Source of the DNA: a virus | Reading direction: 5' to 3' (one strand) | DNA length: 64,000 nucleotides | IMG/VR virus record: IMGVR_UViG_3300046003_004989 | Span: 32,001 to 96,000 of that record | Shown: piece after piece, positions 39,701 through 47,123 of the stretch | Layout: each line of letters starts with the position of its first letter | Numbering within the stretch: position 1 is the first letter of the stretch | Position numbers and translations under genes: made by a program | Notes under the pieces: model-generated | Seen by the model: only the letters and a program-made list of their open reading frames with translations | What the model was told of the DNA's origin: nothing | The model's database searches: none

Positions 39701-40431
39701 GCTTCTTCCGGTTTCCCGAAAGTACCCATCGTTAAGAATAGAAGTCGTATGGTTAACCCAAATAGAACTGTACCTATCATAACAATTGGAGCCATGATAG
39801 TATAAAGAATCATAGTCAATCCAAAGATAAGAACACCTTTACCTAGTCCTGCGACTGCTGCCATACCTTTAGCAGAATCTTCATCTACAGTTCCAGCAGT
39901 AGTCATTAAAAGTCTTACAGTTAGTCCGAATAGAACTGCTCCTATCATTGCAAGAGGAGCCATAATAGAATAGAGTGTTAGGTATGCACCAAACTTAAGG
40001 ATATTCGAACCTAGACCATTGATGAGTAGACCCATAGCCTCAGCTTTTTTCGGATCTACATCAGCCATTGCATCATTTAGATTAGTGAAGAATTTTTTAA
40101 GTTTATCTCCAGCTTTATCATCTAACTTATTAACAGCTTTGATAATTTTTTCTAATCCGTTTGCTAGACCTCCGAGCAATTCTTTAAATGCTTTTGGATC
40201 TCCTCCAGTAGCATCATTCATCGCAGCATCTTTCATCTTAGCCTCAATAGACATTAAGATGTTAGTTTGCTTCTTTAGCTCGGCAGATACCTCCGTTTTT
40301 GTGACGGTATCTATCGAGCTTAGAAGTAATAGTGAATTTTCATTTGTAGTTTTAGCAGATTCCACCATGGCATCCATCTTCTTGAGGATACTCATCATAG
40401 AACTGTTTACATCTTCTTGCCTTACAGCCAT
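36793..40431 (-). CDS. Tape-measure-like protein with many hydrophobic helices and internal repeats
   Basis: 1212 aa, A/G-rich helical, immediately downstream of tail chaperone-like genes. Confidence 0.7.
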   Translation of the reverse strand: MAVRQEDVNSSMMSILKKMDAMVESAKTTNENSLLLLSSIDTVTKTEVSAELKKQTNILMSIEAKMKDAAMNDATGGDPKAFKELLGGLANGLEKIIKAVNKLDDKAGDKLKKFFTNLNDAMADVDPKKAEAMGLLINGLGSNILKFGAYLTLYSIMAPLAMIGAVLFGLTVRLLMTTAGTVDEDSAKGMAAVAGLGKGVLIFGLTMILYTIMAPIVMIGTVLFGLTIRLLFLTMGTFGKPEEAEARAKVPLKIALGVILYALTMVVVSMMAPMILMGTLAVTLSMLGLSIALYVMGTDTVRHGVKSLLYTSLGIILFGLSIVLFSMMVTPQDSLYAIITIAGFAAVFYFIGQFWKDIAKGAIALLIVSFSLILLGVGLMVYKAANMTMDDALILGLTVGGLAVAMALAGAFGSVIIQGAIGMTIAAISLILISVGLVLFKAAKFTMDDALVLGATIGGLGIVMGLAGLASPFIIAGSAAMMVAGISLLLLSGGLAVFKAIGWKNEDGESLKNALGSVVSGFLGGDMPGGIIEGLKFAAAAAARAALLLITVGPMILAGLALISISAGLAIFKKIGFNQGDSDNLQYAIGGIVRAFSIITDKEAQKKMGINVNWFDFMLGVAALSGAGSVLASLAEGVQAWANLEVTEWEVINGGTAKAKLVIKNKRKLGKSDFENAANGMALVISAIAAPFAKVGMLNRGKSSGDPLYDAIFGGGLVAEGVDALKNSGDTLVNLAQGVKAWANLEITEYEVVNAGTKDAKIVPKSVRKMSTSDFVSASLNIGMVTGFLANELAKIGKMESDSSGIFSGGFVSKGVESIAGLGDNLLAMAEVIQKMANMELVENEVKMIDGKPQLVIKSVRKMNPTDFVTAAVNIGMITGFLAREIAKIGEMEDNSEGWFSDGYVKKGVQAIQGLGQNISSVADAVIKLANSEITTYKVDSKGQLVPVSTRKMNSSDFKKAAFNLQTILSLLVHGIASTGRLVEANRSAVDSALDVLPDMTSALADAAKPVEAWGKLKDVDKTGQSINAFLSQVNNAFDPKLNPNMPKISYYFSAFATNLQTMADTTDQMTKLADNFDKIQKSMKLFKEHVNSFDLKKLTLTDSMMKSLAILAKNPEAIASQIDESIKSAFEELVAAIKELNGAGGGGAQTAGTQAAPATPTATGPAPKGNAPTNQVPAKGNQISVADLQRAFTQALTSVTIKTKSEGMFSS

Positions 40432-40440
40432 TTATTTAGA

Positions 40441-40758
40441 CTATATTTTTAAAGAAGAGGGGATCCCAGGGAAAGATGCCGGTGAATAAGTATTCATATT
40501 TGGCATTTTCGGTGTTTTCATACCTCCAGGAAGATTACGGCTTGCATCTTTCATTAACTGTCCAGGTGACATATCTTTATATTGCTTAGATTGGCCTTCT
40601 TCTGCTTCCTGTTTTTCTTTTAGTATATCTATCAGGTTTTGTACGATAAATTCGTATTCATAGAAAGGAAGTTGTTCAACTTCCGAAGGTTGCAATCTAA
40701 GATGGTATAGAAGATACGTCTTAGTCTTAAAGAAGTTCTCCAGAGATATCTGAAACAA
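40441..40758 (-). CDS. Tail/baseplate assembly chaperone C-terminal part (gp51/gpT-like); TTG start or +1 frameshift product
   Basis: LQPSEVEQLPFYEY motif; no early ATG; overlaps the upstream gene in the +1 frame. Confidence 0.6.
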   Translation of the reverse strand: MFQISLENFFKTKTYLLYHLRLQPSEVEQLPFYEYEFIVQNLIDILKEKQEAEEGQSKQYKDMSPGQLMKDASRNLPGGMKTPKMPNMNTYSPASFPGIPSSLKI

Positions 40759-41692
40759 CGAAAAGACTTTTGATGCCTCCGGGAAAGCTAATGGGAGTGG
40801 TTACCTCGGAACCACATTTTTCGCATTCTTTCTTTAAAATTTCTTTAACACCAATTCTACACATATCTGTTAATGAATACATTGTTTGATATTTAGTAGA
40901 ACTCCAAGACATAAATTCAATCTCTAAGTTATTGATTGCTGCTTCATTGAAACCTCTCCATTCTAATTGTAAGTATGGAAGAACTTTGATAAATGATTGG
41001 TCAAGTTTCTTTCCTTCTTGTTGACGTTTTTGGATGTATTTTGTTACTTCCATCATAACACCAATTGAAGGTGGAGTCATGATAATTGTACCATTTGACT
41101 TCGTTTGAATTTCAAATCTACGAGTTTCTTCATTGTAGTATTTTTCCATTTTTTGGTCTACTTCATTATGCTCGAAAGATTCGTTAGTTATTTTAACTTC
41201 ATTTTCATGATTACACTCTTTACAAGGAGTTTTGATAATCAATTGATTTTCACCTTTAGGGAATGTCAAATCTCTTACCGCAAGAATCAAGTGGATTCTG
41301 TCTTCTTCTCGTAAGTCTTTAAATGACATTTGTCTATTAGGTTGTCTAATCATTAAACAAGATTTCAAGATTTCATTTAATGCTTCATCAATAGAAAATG
41401 GATCTTGTTCATTAATGGTAGAAAAGTGTCTTACTTCTCGAACTTCTGCTGAACGGATAAAAAATCTAGTTCCAGTAGGATAGAAAAGTCCTTTTGATGG
41501 GAAGTTCTCTGACCAAGTTTCGATGTAGCCAGGAAGTAAAGCTGGTTCATCACGTCCTTCATTTTCATAGCCTGTTGCTTTTCCAAGTGAAGTAATTTTT
41601 GGTTGTTCTTGTTGTGTTTCTTCAGTCTGATTTGCATTGAATTCTCTTGATTCCATGTCTCTTTCAGCTGCGTTTTCAAATTCTTTACTCAT
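40727..41692 (-). CDS. Baseplate hub/tail assembly chaperone (T4 gp26-like)
   Basis: PSKGLFY, L...DR..L.L.VR..TF, CKEC and CEKC pairs. Confidence 0.65.
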   Translation of the reverse strand: MSKEFENAAERDMESREFNANQTEETQQEQPKITSLGKATGYENEGRDEPALLPGYIETWSENFPSKGLFYPTGTRFFIRSAEVREVRHFSTINEQDPFSIDEALNEILKSCLMIRQPNRQMSFKDLREEDRIHLILAVRDLTFPKGENQLIIKTPCKECNHENEVKITNESFEHNEVDQKMEKYYNEETRRFEIQTKSNGTIIMTPPSIGVMMEVTKYIQKRQQEGKKLDQSFIKVLPYLQLEWRGFNEAAINNLEIEFMSWSSTKYQTMYSLTDMCRIGVKEILKKECEKCGSEVTTPISFPGGIKSLFVVSDISGELL

Positions 41693-41942
41693 GTTCTATT
41701 TGATTTGTTTGATTTTCAAATTTTGTTTGTTTGATAATTTCTTTTACTTTGTCGTTAACAAAGGATGTTTGTTCCCCTTCATACTCTTTTATGTGATTAA
41801 GTATGAGCTCTCGAACATAGGCTGAGCTTGTCATTAGTTTGCCTTTCTGTAAAGACCAATTTAGAATGATGTTTTTTAGCTTATGATGGTCCGAGCTGGA
41901 GAGGAGAACTTGAATCTTTTCGTCTTTGTTCTCTTTACTCAT
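41685..41942 (-). CDS. Small ribbon-helix-helix-like protein
   Basis: KIQVLLS...SSAYVRELI. Confidence 0.45.
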   Translation of the reverse strand: MSKENKDEKIQVLLSSSDHHKLKNIILNWSLQKGKLMTSSAYVRELILNHIKEYEGEQTSFVNDKVKEIIKQTKFENQTNQIEHE

Positions 41943-41958
41943 AGATCGAATTTTATTG

Positions 41959-41971
41959 TATATATCTCAGA
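41959..41971 (-). promoter_or_regulatory. Putative late promoter GATATATA
   Basis: tatatatctcaga, identical 13-mer at 50461. Confidence 0.55.
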
Positions 41972-42080
41972 TCTATGATAAAATAATCAAGTAACAATAT
42001 ATTATTTTATTCAAAAAGACAAACCAATAGAGGCCATCTGAGGAACTTTGGGTAGTTGTATTGATGAACTAATATAACAC

Positions 42081-42117
42081 AAAAAAGGGACTATCAGTAT
42101 TACACTGAGAGTCCCTT
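42081..42117 (-). terminator. Rho-independent terminator
   Basis: gggact-atcagtattacactgag-agtccc hairpin with T-run on the minus strand. Confidence 0.75.
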
Positions 42118-42161
42118 GCATCAAATTAAAACTATATGATAATGGAATTTCTTCCGTTTGT

Positions 42162-43544
42162 TTATTTAGCTATTTTCTTACGTAGCTCTTTCAAATCTGA
42201 TTGATACCAATCCGTTGGAATAATTGCTTGAACTCGTTTAGTTTCAGCTTCATTTTCACCGATTTGTTTAAGTAGCTCTTCATATTTTTCTTTCGTTAAA
42301 GAGTGAATAGCCATACTTAAAAGGTAGTCGTAAGAATCTTCTGTCTTATCGAATTTTGCTTTCTCTAAATCTGTGATGATATCTGCTTTTGGTCGATTGT
42401 TAACTTTCAATTTTCCATCAATAATCATCTTAATGAACTTAGCTCGATTTGACATCTTGCTATTTTGTTCTTCTAATTGATTAACTAAATAGCTTTTACG
42501 CTTATCGTAGAAGGTTAAACGGAATTTAACAAAATGATTGATTAACTCAGTAACGGATTTGAAGATAATCAGCTTACCGTTTTCGTCAAGACATGTAATA
42601 TTTTCTGTTTCATTTTCAACTAATTTCAAAGTGCTTTCTAAATTGTCTTTAGCAATTCGATTTGCTAATTCTTGTCTAGAGAATTTGATTGTATAGCTAA
42701 TATCAGTTTTTGTAGAATTGTCATCGTAATATGAGATGATGTTTTTCTCTTGCAACCAATTCAAATGAGCTTCATATTTTTGATATGTCATAGACGGTGG
42801 CAATTCAGTAACTTTTACGGTTGTAGTGTTTTGAACTTCATATCTTCCTTTGATTTGAAATGAACTTGTTGCTACATCAGATTTTGTAACTATTCCATTG
42901 AAACCATTCCACCAAGGAAGTGGCTCTTGGAATTTTTTTCCTTCTAATGATTTGAGAGATGCATCGATTAAGTCAACTGCATTTCGATTCAAGATGTTTG
43001 TCGAGAAACCTACAGCGATACCAGAAGAACCGTTAAGCAGAACTGCTGGAATAATCGGTAAGAAGAATGTTGGTTCAATTTCATAACCTTCTTCGTATTG
43101 AGATTCGAGTAACTCGAAGTCTTTATAAAGTAGTCGGAAATTACCATTCAATTTAGTTGATATGTATCGAGCAGCACCTGGTTCTGGAGAACGAAGTGAA
43201 CCGAATTGACCGATACCGTCAAGAAGTGGCATCGAATTCTTAAATGTTTGAGCCATACCGATGATAGCTGAATTCAGTGAAGTATCACCGTGATGATATT
43301 GTGCATCGGATGCAATTTTACCACCGAATTGAAATACTTTAAGTGGTTTGTCATTTCCACCTTTCCAAACTCTATTGGCTACAAAAATAATCTTTCTTTG
43401 TGTTGGTTTGAATCCGTCAATTGCAGAAGGGATAGCTCGATTTTCAATAGTGTACATACCATAGGCTGCATACTCGTTATCAAGATATTCTGTTATTGTT
43501 CTTTGTGGAACTTCGTTCTTAGTAGATTGTGATATCTTCGACAT
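42162..43544 (-). CDS. gp52: Type II topoisomerase medium subunit (GyrA/ParC-like)
   Basis: RAIP..IDGFKP.QRK, YHHGD, GQFGS, AARY. Confidence 0.95.
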   Translation of the reverse strand: MSKISQSTKNEVPQRTITEYLDNEYAAYGMYTIENRAIPSAIDGFKPTQRKIIFVANRVWKGGNDKPLKVFQFGGKIASDAQYHHGDTSLNSAIIGMAQTFKNSMPLLDGIGQFGSLRSPEPGAARYISTKLNGNFRLLYKDFELLESQYEEGYEIEPTFFLPIIPAVLLNGSSGIAVGFSTNILNRNAVDLIDASLKSLEGKKFQEPLPWWNGFNGIVTKSDVATSSFQIKGRYEVQNTTTVKVTELPPSMTYQKYEAHLNWLQEKNIISYYDDNSTKTDISYTIKFSRQELANRIAKDNLESTLKLVENETENITCLDENGKLIIFKSVTELINHFVKFRLTFYDKRKSYLVNQLEEQNSKMSNRAKFIKMIIDGKLKVNNRPKADIITDLEKAKFDKTEDSYDYLLSMAIHSLTKEKYEELLKQIGENEAETKRVQAIIPTDWYQSDLKELRKKIAK

Positions 43545-43863
43545 TGTCTAATTGTTTTGCTTTGTAAGTATTTTTTATGAAAGTGTACAAATCGTTATCT
43601 TTCAAAATTTGTTTATGCTGCTTCTTCAATTCTTTTGAAGGAGTCTTACCTTCAGGTTGAAGTGATTTATCCATGATGACTTCTGGCCAATGTGGATTGA
43701 CGACTAAACCGATGGATTCGCATATTTTAGTTATATGTGCTTTATGTTCTTTGTCTATCTTATCGGCTGTAAGACCTTTTCGATTGATTTGAAAAACCCC
43801 TGAGATGTATTCGTGGTAGTCTTCATAAGATTCACCATTTCCTTGTTTGATTACGAGTATCAT
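43519..43863 (-). CDS. Hypothetical protein
   Basis: ORF track. Confidence 0.5.
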   Translation of the reverse strand: MILVIKQGNGESYEDYHEYISGVFQINRKGLTADKIDKEHKAHITKICESIGLVVNPHWPEVIMDKSLQPEGKTPSKELKKQHKQILKDNDLYTFIKNTYKAKQLDNVEDITIY

Positions 43864-44015
43864 TATTTAGCGTATTGTAAGTTTAACAATTTGTCTGCTT
43901 TTTTAAGCTCTTTCTTAGCCGATTTGATGTTTCCTGCGAGGGTAAGTTTTAGAGCTTTAATCATTGCTATTCTAGCAGGTGTAGTTTCTTTAGATGATTG
44001 AGATTGCTTACTCAT
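43863..44015 (-). CDS. 50-aa basic early protein (not in the ORF track)
   Basis: MSKQSQSSKETTPARIAMIKALKL...*, TAATG coupling, follows a -7 promoter. Confidence 0.55.
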   Translation of the reverse strand: MSKQSQSSKETTPARIAMIKALKLTLAGNIKSAKKELKKADKLLNLQYAK

Positions 44016-44038
44016 ATTGATGTTTTAATTGTGATATA

Positions 44039-44097
44039 CAAATATAAAACAAAAGTTTCAAATTAAAAAATTTTTATTCAAAAAGTTATTAACAATT
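44039..44097 (-). promoter_or_regulatory. Host-type -7 promoter with TTATTAACA box at 46 bp
   Basis: caaatataa at 44039; gttattaac at 44085. Confidence 0.7.
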
Positions 44098-45933
44098 TTA
44101 GAACTTCAATAATCTGTCTTTACGAGGTTGAGAGTCACCACCAAACCAAGCTTTAAGAGATTCTCGATAAATTGCATCGTTTCTCATTTGTATCGTTTTT
44201 GGATTCGTAATGATTTCCTGATACTCATCATCTTCAAGAGCGGCAAGACCCTTTTTGTATTCTACGTTCCAAGTCTTAGTGTTCGTTTTAGATTCCCATT
44301 CTGCATATTCGTCTTTAGTGTAGAATGAAAGAACTTCCTTACCTTTCTTAGCAACAACCAGTGGAGTAAGAACTCGATAGACAAGACCTTGATCGAATAA
44401 CTCTGGCCAGAACTTGTTAAAGAAATTCATCAATAGACCAGCAATTGCATCACCATCAGGATCGGCATCGGTATAGATTAAAATTTTACCGTATCGAAGA
44501 TTTGCAGGTTCTTCACCTAATCGAAGACCAAGAGAACCCATCAAATTAACAACCTCGTCGTTTTTAATGATTTCTGTGTTCTTCATTTCAGATACGTTCA
44601 AGAACTTACCTTTCAAAGGGAAGGCACCAAATACTTGTGGATCTCGGAATTGTCTTACAGCTGATTTAGCCGAATCACCCTCGAAGATACCGAGAGTACA
44701 CAAATGTCTGTTATCTCTAGCTTTGGCATCAATTAACTTTAAAATCTTGTTTGCATTCAAGTCTTTATTAAGTTTTCTCAATTGTGCTCGTTCATCTGCC
44801 ATTGCTTTCTTTTCAATCCAATCCAAAATAGATGCAACGATCTCTGATCCAAATATTTGTTTAGCAAACCTATCAGAAATTTCATGAAGAGAACCGAATT
44901 CTTTTGGTTCGGTAATAAGTTTCTCTTTAGTTTGAGAAGAGAATGCTGGATTGATTACCGTACAATTGATGAAAATCATCATGTGATTTCTGATATCTGA
45001 AGGTTTGATATCGACTTTATGTTTCTTTTTGATTAATTGTCGTAACTTATCTACGATTTGATTAACGATATAATTAACATGAGTACCACCATCTTTAGTT
45101 TCGACCGAATTGACAAATGAAATTGCTTGGAATCCACCGTTTGTAGGTGATATTGCAATTTCCCAATTTTCAGATCTTTCATAGAAAGCTGATTCGATAT
45201 ACAGCTCTGCATATTCTTTGAATGTACGGAATTTGAATTTCTCTTTATTGAATTGAACTTTCAAATTAGGGTTACATGCAGCGATATCAATTAATCTCTT
45301 ACGAATCATATTGATATGTTCTTCATTAATAGATTGCATATCGAAACGTGAAAGATCTGGAACGTAACTGATTTCTGTGAACTTCCTATCTGATGCTTGT
45401 ACTTTAGCTTCAGATTTCTTACCCATATTATCCGTGAAAGTTTGAACGAAATTATTTTTACCGTCTGCAGTTTTTACTGTGAATTTTTTAGAGAAGATAT
45501 TTGTAAGTGTAGAACCTACACCATTTGTACCTGCAACTGTTCGGTCTTCATCGTCGTTGAAATTTGAACCAGCTCTAAGGTTAGAGAATATCATTTCAGG
45601 AATCCATTGTTTCTGTGTATCATGTATGATTACAGGAATTCCACCATTATCTTGAATTGAGATTTCGTTAGTTTTCTCGTTTATTGATACGGTTACTTGA
45701 TTAAGATTTTGATTACGTTTCGATTCATCGACTGAGTTAGAAACGATTTCGTCGAATAATTTCAGAAAACCTGGATTGTATTGAATTTTCTGCTTTTCGA
45801 ATTTTTGTCCATTGAATAAGTATTCTTCGGAATCATGTGGCTTAGTAGAACCGATATACATTCCAGGTCGTTTGAGAACGTGTTGGATTTCGTCTAGCAG
45901 TTCGTACTTTTTACTGATTTCGGATGTCTTCAT
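44098..45933 (-). CDS. gp39: Type II topoisomerase large subunit (GyrB-like, T4 gp39+60)
   Basis: HVLKRPGMYIG, EI..N..DE, G.NG.G, EGDSA, PLKGK, DADPDG. Confidence 0.95.
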   Translation of the reverse strand: MKTSEISKKYELLDEIQHVLKRPGMYIGSTKPHDSEEYLFNGQKFEKQKIQYNPGFLKLFDEIVSNSVDESKRNQNLNQVTVSINEKTNEISIQDNGGIPVIIHDTQKQWIPEMIFSNLRAGSNFNDDEDRTVAGTNGVGSTLTNIFSKKFTVKTADGKNNFVQTFTDNMGKKSEAKVQASDRKFTEISYVPDLSRFDMQSINEEHINMIRKRLIDIAACNPNLKVQFNKEKFKFRTFKEYAELYIESAFYERSENWEIAISPTNGGFQAISFVNSVETKDGGTHVNYIVNQIVDKLRQLIKKKHKVDIKPSDIRNHMMIFINCTVINPAFSSQTKEKLITEPKEFGSLHEISDRFAKQIFGSEIVASILDWIEKKAMADERAQLRKLNKDLNANKILKLIDAKARDNRHLCTLGIFEGDSAKSAVRQFRDPQVFGAFPLKGKFLNVSEMKNTEIIKNDEVVNLMGSLGLRLGEEPANLRYGKILIYTDADPDGDAIAGLLMNFFNKFWPELFDQGLVYRVLTPLVVAKKGKEVLSFYTKDEYAEWESKTNTKTWNVEYKKGLAALEDDEYQEIITNPKTIQMRNDAIYRESLKAWFGGDSQPRKDRLLKF

Positions 45934-45987
45934 ATATGACTTTTTAGATATTTTGTTGTTTTATGACGTATTATGTATCGTGGTTTT

Positions 45988-46341
45988 TTAAGAGACTTTA
46001 GTAATGCTAAGGTAACCGTTATAACCTTTACATTTACCTGTACTACAAGTTACATAGTGCATTGCATATGTTTCAGTAGCTTCTTTAAGTGTTTTTCGTT
46101 CGTCCGAAACAGCCCATTCATCTACTAATGTGATAAATGCAGAAACATTTTTACCAGTAGAGTAGTTATGTTGTTTTCTGTATTGTTTATCACCATACAT
46201 AGTGAAAAGCATTTTTGCTAGTTTCCAATTTGAATCGTTTTTACGAACCGGAACACCGAAGTCGCAAGCATCGTCATAGATTTGAATTGATTCAGATTGA
46301 ATTTGATTTAATGCGTGGTAACCTTCTCTGTAAATTGCCAT
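45988..46341 (-). CDS. Early hypothetical protein (start revised)
   Basis: MAIYREG start after a -7 promoter. Confidence 0.55.
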   Translation of the reverse strand: MAIYREGYHALNQIQSESIQIYDDACDFGVPVRKNDSNWKLAKMLFTMYGDKQYRKQHNYSTGKNVSAFITLVDEWAVSDERKTLKEATETYAMHYVTCSTGKCKGYNGYLSITKVS

Positions 46342-46365
46342 ATTGTAATTGATTAATTTGATATA

Positions 46366-46425
46366 CAAATATAAAACAATTATTTGTAAATAAAAAATAA
46401 AGTTTCAAAAAGTTATTAACAATTT
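46366..46425 (-). promoter_or_regulatory. Host-type -7 promoter with TTATTAACA box at 46 bp
   Basis: caaatataa at 46366; gttattaac at 46412. Confidence 0.7.
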
Positions 46426-46433
46426 CTCTACAC

Positions 46434-46460
46434 AAAAAGGGACCCAAATATGAGTCCCTT
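46434..46460 (-). terminator. Rho-independent terminator after the tail tube gene
   Basis: aaagggac-ccaaatatga-gtcccttt. Confidence 0.7.
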
Positions 46461-46486
46461 TGAAATTCTTTAAAAGTTGATGAAGA

Positions 46487-47038
46487 TTAAACGATGTTTT
46501 CTTCCCACCAATCAGAGTTAAATTTAACCTCCATTGCTAGAGCATCAGATGATTGATAATCTAAAGCGAATTCAGGCAAATCTCCTGTTGGGAAACAGTC
46601 ATGGAAAGTTCTTTGCCAAAAGATATCACCTTTACGGTTGTAGTTAGTAACGATAATCGTTCCTATGTAGTCTTTCTTAAGACCTTGTTCTCCTGTAAGA
46701 GGATTGAAGATAATTCTAGACCAATTACGTAAAGTTTTGTACACATATAATTCGTTAGCGTCGTTCAAGTTAAGAGAAAAATCTATACTTAATGTATTGA
46801 CAGTATCTGTCGGCAGTCCACCTGCGTAAGAACGTTTTGCGAATTTGTATGATTGTGTGATTGCTTCTGTACCTCTATCTTGAGTAAGACCACCGATTTT
46901 ATTAACGTGCTCTAGTAAAATAGATCCTCCACTAACAGTAGCAGGAGGCATCAGCGTTACTTCAAACAAGTTGCCATAAAATGGCTCAAACCATCTAGAC
47001 GAAGCTTTTGCATTTTGATAATGTGGTAAACCTGGCAT
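46487..47038 (-). CDS. gp19: Tail tube protein
   Basis: FEV...P, W...IFNPLTG..G.K.DY, FP..L....LDY; follows the sheath gene. Confidence 0.85.
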   Translation of the reverse strand: MPGLPHYQNAKASSRWFEPFYGNLFEVTLMPPATVSGGSILLEHVNKIGGLTQDRGTEAITQSYKFAKRSYAGGLPTDTVNTLSIDFSLNLNDANELYVYKTLRNWSRIIFNPLTGEQGLKKDYIGTIIVTNYNRKGDIFWQRTFHDCFPTGDLPEFALDYQSSDALAMEVKFNSDWWEENIV

Positions 47039-47059
47039 TGTATATTTTCTTATTTTTAT

Positions 47060-47067
47060 TATTTATC
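47060..47067 (-). promoter_or_regulatory. Putative late promoter GATAAATA
   Basis: tatttatc upstream of the tube gene. Confidence 0.6.
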
Positions 47068-47075
47068 ACGATTTG

Positions 47076-47115
47076 AGAAAAAGAGAAAGCCGACCGATTA
47101 AAATCGGCTTTTCTT
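47076..47115 (-). terminator. Terminator after the sheath gene
   Basis: aaagccga-ccgattaaaa-tcggcttt. Confidence 0.65.
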
Positions 47116-47123
47116 TATATTTC

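Noticed and set aside
41943-42161. tRNA or origin in the longer intergenic gaps
   Set aside because: No cloverleaf or iteron pattern found by eye; the content is partly explained by a terminator and a promoter
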